DNA of 53,883 bases. It comes from Candidatus Levybacteria bacterium RIFCSPHIGHO2_01_FULL_37_33 (lineage in GTDB: Bacteria > Patescibacteriota > Microgenomatia > Levybacterales > UBA12049). The stretch lies in contig MFNM01000014.1 in the NCBI GenBank assembly GCA_001782085.1, positions 1-53,883 of the forward strand, read 5' to 3'. The notes beneath the pieces were generated by a model, which was not told the origin of the DNA, did no database searches, and saw only the letters and a list, made by a program, of their open reading frames with translations. Positions 7,450 through 15,571 of this stretch are shown piece after piece (the stretch's first letter is position 1; the number at the start of each line of letters is the position of its first letter). The position numbers and the translations under genes were made by a program.

Positions 7450-9110
7450 TAAGGTATAGCTATGTTACTGGACATGCCCGGCAAACCTTGGTATTGCTGG
7501 AACCCTACTTTAAATCGACAGCCAGCGTTTCTTTGGTCACACAATGGATATGGCAGTATTACAGTTTCTCCGTTTGGGTCTGGATTTAGCGGCACTCCTT
7601 CGAGGGTGTGTTGTCCATCAAATGGAATCGGCAGGAAACAACGATCCTGCCCCGGACAAAGATTCCCAATTCTATACCGGTCATCCAGACTAAGGTGTAC
7701 ATGGGGGGTGCTACGGGTACCCAAGACCTTCCCGCGCAATACCCGATCACCTACACTGACGTTCCAAGCAGCAAAATGGCAGACATTCAAATTCAGCCCG
7801 TTATCCAAGGTGACTCGCAATCCGATACATCCTCCTTCAAGCTCTCCTCTGAAGCTTACCTTTCCATTAGCAGGCGCTAGAATTTCCTTATCACTCTCCT
7901 GGTCAGGTACCATATCCAGACCAAAAAGCTGATTACGGCAATGGTCCAAGGGCTTTGTAGCAACACCACATCCATTTTTACTTTGATCCCGGTTATCCAA
8001 ATAACCATTGAATACTGTCCACGCAACACCATTATTAAACGGAGAAAGCAAATCAAAATCCCTGTCAGGACCCTTTGGGCTGGAAAGATTTACCCGCCCG
8101 ATTTTATGTACATTATTCTCAGTGAACCAAACGTTACCGTCAGGACCTGATGCTATAAAAGTAGGATTACTTTCCCCTGTAGGAACTATAAATTCAGTAA
8201 TGGTTCCATTTGTTCTAATTTTACCGATCTTATTTGCCAAAGGATCTTGCTCCGTAAACCAAAGGCTACTATCAGGACCTAAGGTAATACCAAATGGACT
8301 GCTGTTACTTGTAGGAATTGGGAATTCTGTAACATTACCATTCGTAGTAATCCGTCCTATCTTGTTAAGGCCAGGATCCGTAAACCATAGATTACCATCT
8401 GGGCCTGATGTAATAATAAGAGGAGTGCTATCCACAGGAATCGCAAACTCTGTAATATATCCACTAGTAGTAATCCGACCGATCCTATTACCGTTTATAC
8501 CATTTAGTTCAGTAAACCATAGACTGCCATCAGGGCCTGATGTAATACCATAAGGATAACTAGTACTTACTGGAACTAAAAATTCAGTGATATTACCATT
8601 AGGAGTAATACGCCCTATCTTACCTGCGCTAGATTCTGTGAACCAAAGATTACCATCCGGTCCCGATGTAATAATATATGTATCGCTAGTATTGGTCGGA
8701 ATTACAAACTCGGTAATCTCACCACTTGTAGTAATTCGTCCGATCCTGTTTGCATACGCCTCTGTGAACCAAAGATTGCCATCCGGTCCCGATGTAATAC
8801 TAAAAGGGCCACTATCGTTAGTGGGAATTGGAAACTCAGTAATCTTGCCATCTGGAGTAATACGCCCTATCTTATTTGCATTATGACCCTGCTCCGTAAA
8901 CCAATAGTTTCCGTCCGGTCCTACCGTTATTCCAACAGGACTACTCTCAGTCGTCGGAATAGAAAACTCAGTGATGGTTATTTTTTCTTTTGCATTTACA
9001 GGAGCAAAGAAGATTAAAAATAACGCTACGCTAATAACAACAACCAGAGCTTTTGATATCAATGTAATTTTTGAATTAAAACATGTGTTCTTAATTTTTC
9101 TTCTTTTCAT
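7449..9110 (-). CDS. secreted 7-blade Vgb/NHL-like beta-propeller fused to a LytM/M23-like C-terminal domain
   Basis: Signal peptide ...FFAPVNA. Seven repeats of ITEFxIPTxxSxPxGITxGPDGNLWFTExxxNKIGRIT. The C-terminus LAPANGKV...VSVGDRVLRGKVLG...PHVHLSL resembles the M23 fold including HxH. Its stop shares one base with the start of the next gene (TAATG). Confidence 0.7.
   Translation of the reverse strand: MKRRKIKNTCFNSKITLISKALVVVISVALFLIFFAPVNAKEKITITEFSIPTTESSPVGITVGPDGNYWFTEQGHNANKIGRITPDGKITEFPIPTNDSGPFSITSGPDGNLWFTEAYANRIGRITTSGEITEFVIPTNTSDTYIITSGPDGNLWFTESSAGKIGRITPNGNITEFLVPVSTSYPYGITSGPDGSLWFTELNGINGNRIGRITTSGYITEFAIPVDSTPLIITSGPDGNLWFTDPGLNKIGRITTNGNVTEFPIPTSNSSPFGITLGPDSSLWFTEQDPLANKIGKIRTNGTITEFIVPTGESNPTFIASGPDGNVWFTENNVHKIGRVNLSSPKGPDRDFDLLSPFNNGVAWTVFNGYLDNRDQSKNGCGVATKPLDHCRNQLFGLDMVPDQESDKEILAPANGKVSFRGELEGGCIGLRVTLDNGLNLNVCHFAAWNVSVGDRVLRGKVLGTRSTPHVHLSLDDRYRIGNLCPGQDRCFLPIPFDGQHTLEGVPLNPDPNGETVILPYPLCDQRNAGCRFKVGFQQYQGLPGMSSNIAIP
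8091..8984 (-). repeat. seven tandem ~126-bp coding repeats (propeller blades)
   Basis: Periodicity is visible in the protein. It also shows in the antisense ORFs, which repeat LPSGPDVI. Confidence 0.8.
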
Positions 9111-9175
9111 ACAATCACATTCTTAATTTTTAAATAAACCGTAGAACATTCAATGAATTTATGTCAAGAGCCCGC

Positions 9176-10948
9176 CTAAAATTTATCCCATGCAAAATCG
9201 TACCAAAAATCTGTTGTTGCTGAGCCATTTGTGCCATGAGTAATAAAAGCTTTGCCTGTTGGTAATATATAAACTACGTTGCCTGTGCCATCCCAAAGTA
9301 CACTATACAAAGTATTACCGGTTGCCATAAAAATGAAGATATCTTCACTGTCTGATAAAGGTCTCATCCTGATCGTAGTTAAAACTCCTCCCAATGTATC
9401 AAGATTTGAAGGAGTAGCGTCAAAAGAATTGGACGAAGAAACATATTTTTTTAACTTTGGAGTTGAAGTATTATCGGAATAAACTACAACACCCTCGCTA
9501 CCTGAATCTTCAAAAGCAAAGTTATAGCTTCGTTGTATGCCTCCTTCAGTATTGTTAGTCAAAGTATTATTTGCAGGAGTTGACCACCCCGGAGTAGTAT
9601 TGGCAAGGAAACATCCAATCTTGTTATTGGCGTTTTTCTGACAAGATACAAATTCTTCTGCCCCTCTTCTGCCGTCAATGTCTACAGCGCCCAATCTTCC
9701 GCCCAAATTAGGAGCATTTGAAGTAGCACTCCAGCTCCCGCTTCCACTGCCATTGGCTGTCCATATCTTTAGATCTTGGGTACTATCAGTGCCACCACCG
9801 GGATAAACCATCGCTCCTTTTAAGGCATTTTGTAGGCTCCAGGCAAAATCAATATGTTCTTTGGTATTGGTTGGGGCAGCAGATGAGTGCTGGACGGCAG
9901 CAGACCAACTTGATCCATTAAAATAGGCAGTGTTTGTATCCGAAGTTTGATCGAAGGTAGCTATCATTACTTCATTGGTATTTGGTCGGGCTTTAGCCAC
10001 GATATATGTGGGTATTCCTCCTACATTTACTGCATTTGTCTGTGATCCCCAAGAAGCTCCATTCCAAATCCTGTATTTTGGAGTAGTGGTGTTATCAGAA
10101 TAAACTACCATAAAATTTCCGTTACTTAGATAGGTTCCATCAAAATTTCTGACATTCAGAAAAGAAGTTGAAGCCCAGCTGAAAAGCAATTGGACATTGC
10201 TCCAACCTGTGCTGTTAAAAACCTGGGCGTAAATAAAATGGCTTGAACCGTTATAATGCCTTGTGACTAATACTTTTTCATCTCTTGTTGATGAAGCAAA
10301 TACTCTGGCAACTCTTAAAGCCTTGTTGGTAGTTGAAACATCAACATCGGCAGTGGCTGTTGCTGCTCCCCAAGTGCCCGTATCAGGATCAAAAATTTTA
10401 TACTTGATGGCATCAGTTGTCGTCCCACCATCACCATAGACCAAAATGCCACCCCTACTAGGCGTTATCGGTTTTCGCCAGTCTGAGAGATAACTAATAA
10501 GTTGCACAGAATTTGCCCTGCTGGGGGTAAAATTCCAAGAAACAGTGGATGTTATTTTTTTTGTGTCTGGGTCAAGAGTGCCCGAGGTGACAATATTTCC
10601 TGCGGGAGGCACTGCATCTCTATATACAGATTCAACTTTAATCGCCCGCGTGTATTTGCCAACAGGATTAAATGTATTAGTATTATTTGTCCCGCTGAAA
10701 ATCCATACTCCTCCCGATTGAGCAACTCCTGTCCCCGCACTATTTACTAAATTAGCAAAATTCTGATTTTTAATTGACCTTACTGCTTCCATGCCTTCTG
10801 TGGCATATTGATTTGCAACAGTTTGTTCTTCTCCGAGGCGGTTTGAATCAAGCCCTTGTAAAATAACGGTAATAGAGCCGGTTGCAATAATCATAAAAAG
10901 TGCTGCGGCAAGAATTACTTCAATAACCGAAAAACCATTTTTTTTCAT
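9176..10948 (-). CDS. giant pseudopilin (590 aa): prepilin-type N-terminus plus large Trp/Gly/Ser/Thr-rich, probably beta-rich domain
   Basis: MKKNG/FSVIEVILAAALFMIIATG class III signal. Same operon position as 48328..50217. ATGA overlap with 10945..11463. Confidence 0.7.
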   Translation of the reverse strand: MKKNGFSVIEVILAAALFMIIATGSITVILQGLDSNRLGEEQTVANQYATEGMEAVRSIKNQNFANLVNSAGTGVAQSGGVWIFSGTNNTNTFNPVGKYTRAIKVESVYRDAVPPAGNIVTSGTLDPDTKKITSTVSWNFTPSRANSVQLISYLSDWRKPITPSRGGILVYGDGGTTTDAIKYKIFDPDTGTWGAATATADVDVSTTNKALRVARVFASSTRDEKVLVTRHYNGSSHFIYAQVFNSTGWSNVQLLFSWASTSFLNVRNFDGTYLSNGNFMVVYSDNTTTPKYRIWNGASWGSQTNAVNVGGIPTYIVAKARPNTNEVMIATFDQTSDTNTAYFNGSSWSAAVQHSSAAPTNTKEHIDFAWSLQNALKGAMVYPGGGTDSTQDLKIWTANGSGSGSWSATSNAPNLGGRLGAVDIDGRRGAEEFVSCQKNANNKIGCFLANTTPGWSTPANNTLTNNTEGGIQRSYNFAFEDSGSEGVVVYSDNTSTPKLKKYVSSSNSFDATPSNLDTLGGVLTTIRMRPLSDSEDIFIFMATGNTLYSVLWDGTGNVVYILPTGKAFITHGTNGSATTDFWYDFAWDKF

Positions 10949-11463
10949 CTGCTTGCTACCCCTTGTGAGTTCACTGTTATTGTCTTTATAGTATCCCCGC
11001 CACTAATTGTAATCGTTGCTGGTGTATTACTTGCAAGACCAGTGACACGAGTAAAATTCCAATCTAAAATTCCAGTACTGCTGGTAATACTCGTATTTGA
11101 ATTTACACTAAATTTCTCATCAAAAGCTTGAGTACGACTCGCAAATGAATTACCTAAATAAAGCGTTATCGTATTGCTTGAATAATTCATTCCCCAGTTA
11201 TCATTTTGCCTTCCCATCATTGCATAAATTTGTGCTTTTCGAAGCTGTCCTATAAGTTGGTCCTGGGTATTTGAAACTGCGTTTTGAGTTAAGAAACGGG
11301 AGAAAAAAATAACTGAAAAGGTACCTATCACTAATATTATAGATACAACAAGAAGAAGCTCGATTAAAGTAAATCCTTCGGATTTACGAATAATGAATAA
11401 TGAATTACGAATTATGGATTTTATTCTAAATTTTTTATTCCTGATTCTTAATTCCCGATTCAT
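10945..11463 (-). CDS. minor pseudopilin (GspH/FimT-like)
   Basis: Leader ...IIRKSEG followed by FTLIELLLVVSIILVIGTF, then LIGQLRKAQIYAMMG. Paralogous to 50220..50711. Confidence 0.75.
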   Translation of the reverse strand: MNRELRIRNKKFRIKSIIRNSLFIIRKSEGFTLIELLLVVSIILVIGTFSVIFFSRFLTQNAVSNTQDQLIGQLRKAQIYAMMGRQNDNWGMNYSSNTITLYLGNSFASRTQAFDEKFSVNSNTSITSSTGILDWNFTRVTGLASNTPATITISGGDTIKTITVNSQGVASR

Positions 11464-11475
11464 AATTCATAAGTC

Positions 11476-12561
11476 CTATCTTTTTATACTACCGGTAAAC
11501 TGATAGATTGGTCCGATAATCGAAATTGCAATAAACCCAACAATAAGACCTACTACGATAAGAATAACCGGTTCAATAATTGTCGAGAGATTTTTAGATG
11601 TATCATCGACTTCATCCTCAAAGTAATCTCCAAGATAGGTAAGCGTTTCATCAAGCTTCCCTGTTTTTTCTCCAACTCCAATCATTCTTACGGCAATAAG
11701 CGGCATAAATTTTTTGTTAGTTTTAGTCAGTATCTCTTCAATTGATTTTCCTTTTTCAACACCGCTTTTTATTTCCGAAAGATAGTTTTTGTATACACAA
11801 TTCGTTGTTGTCTCAAACTGCGCAGTCAAAGCAGTTGAAATATGCACTCCTACCGAAAGCATTGTCCCAATATTTCTAAACATTGAAGCCAGCTGAATAT
11901 TTTGCATAAATACCCCTAAAACCGGAAGGGAAAGTAAGAATGAATGCCAGTGTGGCTTGATTGCCCGTGTCGTTATTGCGAAGCGTATTAATACAAAAAG
12001 CAGAACTAAACCACCCAGTAAAAAAATACCATAGTCTCTCATAACTTTAGCAAACAACAAAAGAATCTTTGTTGAGAGCGGCAGTTCAACATCAAGTGAG
12101 GCAAAAAGGTCAATCAGCTTAGGCAGCACAAAAACACTCAGTCCAATTCCCACGATAAGAGCCACCCCCAGTACGATTGACGGGTATAATAAAGCACCTC
12201 TTACTTTACCGGTAAATTCGTGCTGTTTTTTTAAATGGAGGGAAAGATAATCAAGGTTTTTCTCAAGACTTCCCGATTCTTCCGCAACTTTAATGAGGCT
12301 TACGTAAAATGCATTAAAAACATGAGGGAATTGGGACAGCGCTTTATGTAAAGGCTGGCCATTGGCGATCTCTTGGTGAATCTTTAAGAGTAATTTTCTA
12401 AACGCAGGGTGTGATGTCTGCTTTTCTAAAATTAGAATCGATTCAGGGAGTGGAATGCCGCTTTTTAACATCAGAGATACATGTTTTGTAAGCGCCAATG
12501 TATCCACTAAGCTCACTTTCCCAAATAGTGATATTTCCGATGATAATCTAGGCAGTTTCAT
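11476..12561 (-). CDS. pilC: type IV filament platform protein PilC (GspF family)
   Basis: Two T2SSF-like halves and three TM segments. C-terminus LSTIIEPVILIVVGLIVGFIAISIIGPIY. ATGA overlap with pilB. Confidence 0.85.
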   Translation of the reverse strand: MKLPRLSSEISLFGKVSLVDTLALTKHVSLMLKSGIPLPESILILEKQTSHPAFRKLLLKIHQEIANGQPLHKALSQFPHVFNAFYVSLIKVAEESGSLEKNLDYLSLHLKKQHEFTGKVRGALLYPSIVLGVALIVGIGLSVFVLPKLIDLFASLDVELPLSTKILLLFAKVMRDYGIFLLGGLVLLFVLIRFAITTRAIKPHWHSFLLSLPVLGVFMQNIQLASMFRNIGTMLSVGVHISTALTAQFETTTNCVYKNYLSEIKSGVEKGKSIEEILTKTNKKFMPLIAVRMIGVGEKTGKLDETLTYLGDYFEDEVDDTSKNLSTIIEPVILIVVGLIVGFIAISIIGPIYQFTGSIKR

Positions 12562-14237
12562 TCTCTTGTTGCCCGAAGGACTTCTTCAATAGTAGTTAAA
12601 CCTTCCTGTACTTTGAAAAGTCCATCTTCCATCATAGTGGTCATACCTTCTAAAACAGCCTGTTGCATAATTTTTTGAGAGTCATTTTTTGCAACAATAA
12701 GATCCTTGATCTCCTCAGATAGAAGAAGAATTTCAAAAATACCAACTCTGCCGGAATATCCCGTACTTCTACAAACCGGACATCCTTTACCAATATATAT
12801 TCTTGCTTCTTTAGAACTTTTAAAGTATTTTTGCAAAAGTTTTTTATCAAAATGTTTTTCAAGATCAATTATTTTTTCCGTTTGGGATACTTTACACCTC
12901 TCGCAGATTTTCCGAACCAGTCTTTGAGCAATGACTATATTTACAGTGGACGCAACAAGAAATGGTTCAATATTCATATCCAGAAGTCTTGGTAGAGCTG
13001 TCGCAGCGTCATTCGTATGAAGCGTTGATAAGACTAAATGTCCGGTCATTGCTGAGTTCACTGCAATATCGGCTGTTTCATCATCACGGATCTCTCCTAC
13101 GTAAATAATATTGGGATCCTGACGCAGGATTGAGCGCAGCCCTTCTGCGAAGGTAAGATTCGTTTTTGGGTTAACCTGTATTTGGTTTAATCCCGTAATC
13201 TCATACTCAATTGGGTCCTCGATTGTTGCTATATTGCGCTCTTTGGTGTTTAAAATTTTAAGGATAGCATACATAGTTGTTGTTTTCCCGCAGCCCGTTG
13301 GACCTGTTGATAGAATCATTCCGTATGGCTTACTGCTTGCGTTCATGACTTTCTTCAAATCCGTATCGCGCATTCCCAAGTCAGCTAAGCCAAACTGCCT
13401 ATAACGTGCGGAAAGAAGTCTCATGACGCATTTTTCTCCATGGACAATCGGGACGATTGAAATTCTGATATCCAGATCTTCATTTTCAATTTTTGTTTGG
13501 ATTTTTCCATCCTGTGCGCTAAGGTGTTCGTCGGTGCGGAGTTTGGAGAGAAATTTTATGCGAGCGATTACCTGCTGGTCAATTTCCGGAGTAAAATGCA
13601 GCACTTCCTGCAGGATGCCGTCGATACGAAATCGCACAATCGATCCGTCTTTTTCCGGTTCTATGTGGATATCGGAAGCTCCGTTATCATATGCGTACTC
13701 TATCAGAATATCTACAATCCGTTCAATTGGAGCCTCTGATATGCCATCTTTCCCGATATTTTTTACCTGTTCTTTGAGCATTTCATCGTATGAGCGCTGA
13801 AGATTTTGTTTATAAATCTTTAGTGCCTTTTCAAAGTCCCGCTCACTCGTATAGAAGACAGACGCTTTTTTTTGTGCTTTTTGTTCGATGAATTGTTTAA
13901 CTTGTGAGCTTGCAGTTGGATTTACCATTGCGATCTTTATCTGCCTGTCATCTTCCTCAAATGCGATAACTCTATGTGCTCTCGCGTAGCTCTCGGGAAT
14001 CAAATAAATCAGATCTGAAGGAATTTTTATGGTTGAAAGTTCAATAAAAGAAACATTTAGTAACTCTGCTACGGTTTTACCCAAATCCAAATCTGAAATT
14101 AAATCATTTGTTATAAGACGTTCTTGAAAAGAAGTATTATTTTTTTTACTTTCTTCAAATGCCGCGGTTAGTTTCTTCTTTTCAATGATTCCGAGTTCTT
14201 CTATTGCGGCAAACAAAGCTTGGGCAAATGGTTCCAT
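12558..14237 (-). CDS. pilB: type IV filament assembly ATPase PilB (GspE family)
   Basis: Walker A GPTGCGKTT, LRQDPNIIYVGEIRD, TGHLVLSTLHTND, tetracysteine CERC...CPVC, and a GspE_N-like N-domain. Confidence 0.9.
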   Translation of the reverse strand: MEPFAQALFAAIEELGIIEKKKLTAAFEESKKNNTSFQERLITNDLISDLDLGKTVAELLNVSFIELSTIKIPSDLIYLIPESYARAHRVIAFEEDDRQIKIAMVNPTASSQVKQFIEQKAQKKASVFYTSERDFEKALKIYKQNLQRSYDEMLKEQVKNIGKDGISEAPIERIVDILIEYAYDNGASDIHIEPEKDGSIVRFRIDGILQEVLHFTPEIDQQVIARIKFLSKLRTDEHLSAQDGKIQTKIENEDLDIRISIVPIVHGEKCVMRLLSARYRQFGLADLGMRDTDLKKVMNASSKPYGMILSTGPTGCGKTTTMYAILKILNTKERNIATIEDPIEYEITGLNQIQVNPKTNLTFAEGLRSILRQDPNIIYVGEIRDDETADIAVNSAMTGHLVLSTLHTNDAATALPRLLDMNIEPFLVASTVNIVIAQRLVRKICERCKVSQTEKIIDLEKHFDKKLLQKYFKSSKEARIYIGKGCPVCRSTGYSGRVGIFEILLLSEEIKDLIVAKNDSQKIMQQAVLEGMTTMMEDGLFKVQEGLTTIEEVLRATRE

Positions 14238-14293
14238 ACGATCATTGTATCAAAAAATAAGAAGAACAATATAGTATTATAATGGAGATATTT

Positions 14294-14662
14294 TTATGAG
14301 GGGTATAGAAAGCTTTGCACCCTATCAACAATATTGGCGAGAGTCGAATCTGTCTTTACCATATAATCAGATGCTCCCAGTTCCATTGCCCGTTTTTTGT
14401 CTTCGGGCTGGCTTAAGTTGGAAACGATAATAACTTTTACTTTTATACCTTTTTCTTTGATTTTTTCAAGCACACTCCAACCATCAATTACCGGCATCAG
14501 AATATCCAGAATCACTAAATCATACCTGCCTTTTTCAAGTTCTTTTAAGCCTTCGTCTCCATTTAAGACAGCTTTTACTTCATACCCCGCCTTTTTCAGT
14601 TTTATTTCCATGGCTTTGGCCGCGGGCTTCTCGTCTTCGATAATAAGTATTTTTTTATTCAT
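14294..14662 (-). CDS. stand-alone receiver (CheY-like) response regulator
   Basis: 122 aa, receiver domain only: EDE, phospho-acceptor LDILMP, SNL, and K in YMVK. Confidence 0.85.
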   Translation of the reverse strand: MNKKILIIEDEKPAAKAMEIKLKKAGYEVKAVLNGDEGLKELEKGRYDLVILDILMPVIDGWSVLEKIKEKGIKVKVIIVSNLSQPEDKKRAMELGASDYMVKTDSTLANIVDRVQSFLYPS

Positions 14663-14766
14663 TTATTGTACATTTTACCACATTTCTTCTCATGTTTTTC
14701 CTTTGCTTTTTCACCTCGCTTTGACGGAAACGTCTCCCTCCAGAGGCGGGCAGGCAAAAGGCGAAC

Positions 14767-15132
14767 TTACTTGAAAACGCTGTTAATCTTTGCCAGGACA
14801 TCATTTATAGGCATTTGGCTTTTGATGATATAATCGGTGGCTCCAAGTGCCATACCCCTATCAATATCTTCCTTCTGCCCTAGATTTGAAGCAACAATAA
14901 CAGGAATATTTTTCCATTTATCGCTTTTTTTCAGTTCTTCGAGCACAACAAAACCGTCTTTTATCGGCATGATAAGGTCAAGCAGAATGACATCGGGAGT
15001 AAATGTTTCAAGGCTATCTATTGCCTCCTGACCATCTGAAACAATTTTGATTTCATAACCCGCCTTGTTGAGTTTGACTCGATACGCATTTGCCAAAAAT
15101 TTATCATCTTCGGCAACAAGAATTTTTGCCAT
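14767..15132 (-). CDS. stand-alone receiver (CheY-like) response regulator
   Basis: 121 aa: AEDD, LDLIMP, ASNL, YIIK. No output domain. Confidence 0.85.
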   Translation of the reverse strand: MAKILVAEDDKFLANAYRVKLNKAGYEIKIVSDGQEAIDSLETFTPDVILLDLIMPIKDGFVVLEELKKSDKWKNIPVIVASNLGQKEDIDRGMALGATDYIIKSQMPINDVLAKINSVFK

Positions 15133-15137
15133 ATTAT

Positions 15138-15542
15138 TTATGTCTGTGTCTTATTTTCTGCGATAAATTGCTTCATTATTGGAATGAGCTCATCCAACCG
15201 ATATTCCGCTTTTAAGAGATATTGTTTTGCACCAAGCGCCAGCATACTATTAACCTTATCTTCGCTGGCTGAATTACTCACAACAATGACAGGAATTTGT
15301 GCACATTCCCCGTTTTTTTTGAGTTGTCCCATAAATTCAAGCCCATCCATATCTTTCAACTGATAATCAAGCCAAATTGCATCTGGAAGTTTTGATAAGT
15401 TATTCAAACAATCAATAGCCTCCTTTCCACTACTGTAAGGAATTGCGGTTATGCCATTCAACTCTAATTTTTTAGAAATAGCTTCTAGCAGCAAAATCTC
15501 GTCTTCAACTACCATGACCGTAGGTTTTTGTTTGCTCATCAT
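15138..15542 (-). CDS. stand-alone receiver (CheY-like) response regulator
   Basis: 134 aa: VEDE, WLDYQLKDMDG, VSNS, YLLK. No output domain. Confidence 0.8.
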   Translation of the reverse strand: MMSKQKPTVMVVEDEILLLEAISKKLELNGITAIPYSSGKEAIDCLNNLSKLPDAIWLDYQLKDMDGLEFMGQLKKNGECAQIPVIVVSNSASEDKVNSMLALGAKQYLLKAEYRLDELIPIMKQFIAENKTQT

Positions 15543-15571
15543 TAATAATTTACAGTATTATTATACACATT

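Noticed and set aside
7462-8886. Long plus-strand ORFs (156, 181 and 99 aa, among others) with repeated LPSGPDVI / VNQRLPSGP motifs
   Set aside because: They lie antisense to the propeller gene. Their periodicity only mirrors the seven blade repeats. They have no start context or family resemblance, and the minus-strand protein has a signal peptide and coherent domains.
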